Part shown: in pieces, positions 62,901-64,000 of the stretch
Numbering within the stretch: the stretch's first letter is position 1
Layout of the letters: each line of letters begins with the position of its first letter
NCBI RefSeq assembly: GCF_963506605.1
Contig: NC_083279.1
Location: 10,788,001 to 10,852,000 of the forward strand
DNA length: 64,000 nt
Direction: 5' to 3'
Origin: Zootoca vivipara
Lineage: Eukaryota
Notes under the pieces: generated by a model
Seen by the model: only the letters and a program-made list of their open reading frames with translations
Databases searched by the model: none
What the model was told of the DNA's origin: nothing
Made by a program: the position numbers and the translations under genes

Positions 62901-63012
62901 TTAGAATTCTAGAGTTGGAAGTGATCTTGAGGATCTAGTCTAACCACTTCAATGCAGGAATATGCAGCTATCCCATATGGGGATCAAACTTGCAACTTTG
63001 GTGTTATCACAA
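62901..63012 (-). mobile_element. Squam3-type SINE, degraded
   Basis: Reverse complement of the 48223-48361 body (gcaggaatatgcagctatcccatatggggatcaaacttgcaactttggtgttatca). Confidence 0.85.
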
Positions 63013-64000
63013 CAGAAATAATAAAAATAAAAATATGGGTTGTACAAAAATACATTGTAACTAACTTGCCTAACAAATAATTTAGTCTTAGGCTAATGTG
63101 TTTAGACCTGGGTCTGTATTTAATACAAACTTGAGAAGCAAGGAAGAGACTACACTGCATGCTATGTGCATTTACTATAGATAGCTGCTTAAGTCTTCCA
63201 AATTTAGAACGTCTGCACATGGACAACAATCCACAGCCTGATTCTAAACATTTTTATTGATGTATGTGCTAGCATTCTCTAAATATTTATGAAATGTCAT
63301 CTTAAAATTGTTCTGTGATGTTCCACTGACAAAGCAGTTGTCACACCGTTCTTAGAGACTAGTACACAGGCATAGCAAAATGCCAGTAATCAATCTGAAA
63401 AAAACATATGGATGCTGTTTCATAAGGCAAAATAAAAGAGATGGACTGTACCTCTACAGAGCATATAGCATATAACCTGTTCTCATTTCTTATTCTTAGA
63501 ACCTTGGAAATCATAATAAAGAAGAGAATGTCTATGCAGACTACTGTATCTCCCTCAACTAGTTCCCTCAAATTTGGGGTTAAGGGTACAGGGTTCCAGA
63601 ACAGCACCTCACATTTTGAAAAATACACCCTGCCTGAATTATTGCCAAACTATCAGGAATAAATCAAGAATAAAGCATGATTTGAGCTACAGTTCTCTAC
63701 ACTAATGTTGAAAATGCCCATTAATGACAACTTTGGTTTAAATAAAAAAAACTTTTTATAAAAGCCTCCTCAATATATTATGTCGAATTGTCCCTAAGTG
63801 TACATGTTTTAGAATGTTTCTGAGCAGTTTATGTTGGCTCAAATAGTTTATGCTACATTTACACTAACAGATTTTAGAGTATACTCATTATATGAGTGTT
63901 AATGCATATTAAAAGCTTATCACAACATTTGAGATGCACACAGACTACCCACTAGATAACTATTACTCTGTAGGACCATATGTTTTTGAAATCAAGTGGA

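Overview
This is eukaryotic (vertebrate) DNA, not prokaryotic. It is AT-rich, CpG-depleted, gene-poor and repeat-rich, with one assembly gap (45581-45742). The repeat inventory (Sauria SINE, Squam3-type tRNA/CR1 SINEs, Bov-B 3' tail, L2 LINEs with (TTA)n tails, many hAT MITEs) points to a squamate reptile, probably a lacertid lizard; this is inferred from remembered repeat consensus sequences, not from a search. No host protein-coding gene could be recognised, so the window is most likely a large intron or gene desert, with a few weak minus-strand exon candidates. All protein-like ORFs come from decayed retroelements: L2 EN/RT, an RTE C-terminus, a Penelope RT plus GIY-YIG, and an L1-like single ORF. 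The most interesting items are: (1) a complete 1.7-kb ORF2-less L1-like retroposon with a perfect 20-bp TSD; (2) two Penelope-associated hammerhead ribozyme motifs, one structurally intact inside a 111-bp TSD-flanked insert; (3) a composite retroposon-like element with a 32-bp VNTR, G-rich tract and L2-type tail; (4) ten TSD-bounded hAT MITEs, some resembling horizontally transferred families, plus a Tc1 miniature and a solo LTR. Family names are from recall and need RepeatMasker/Dfam confirmation.
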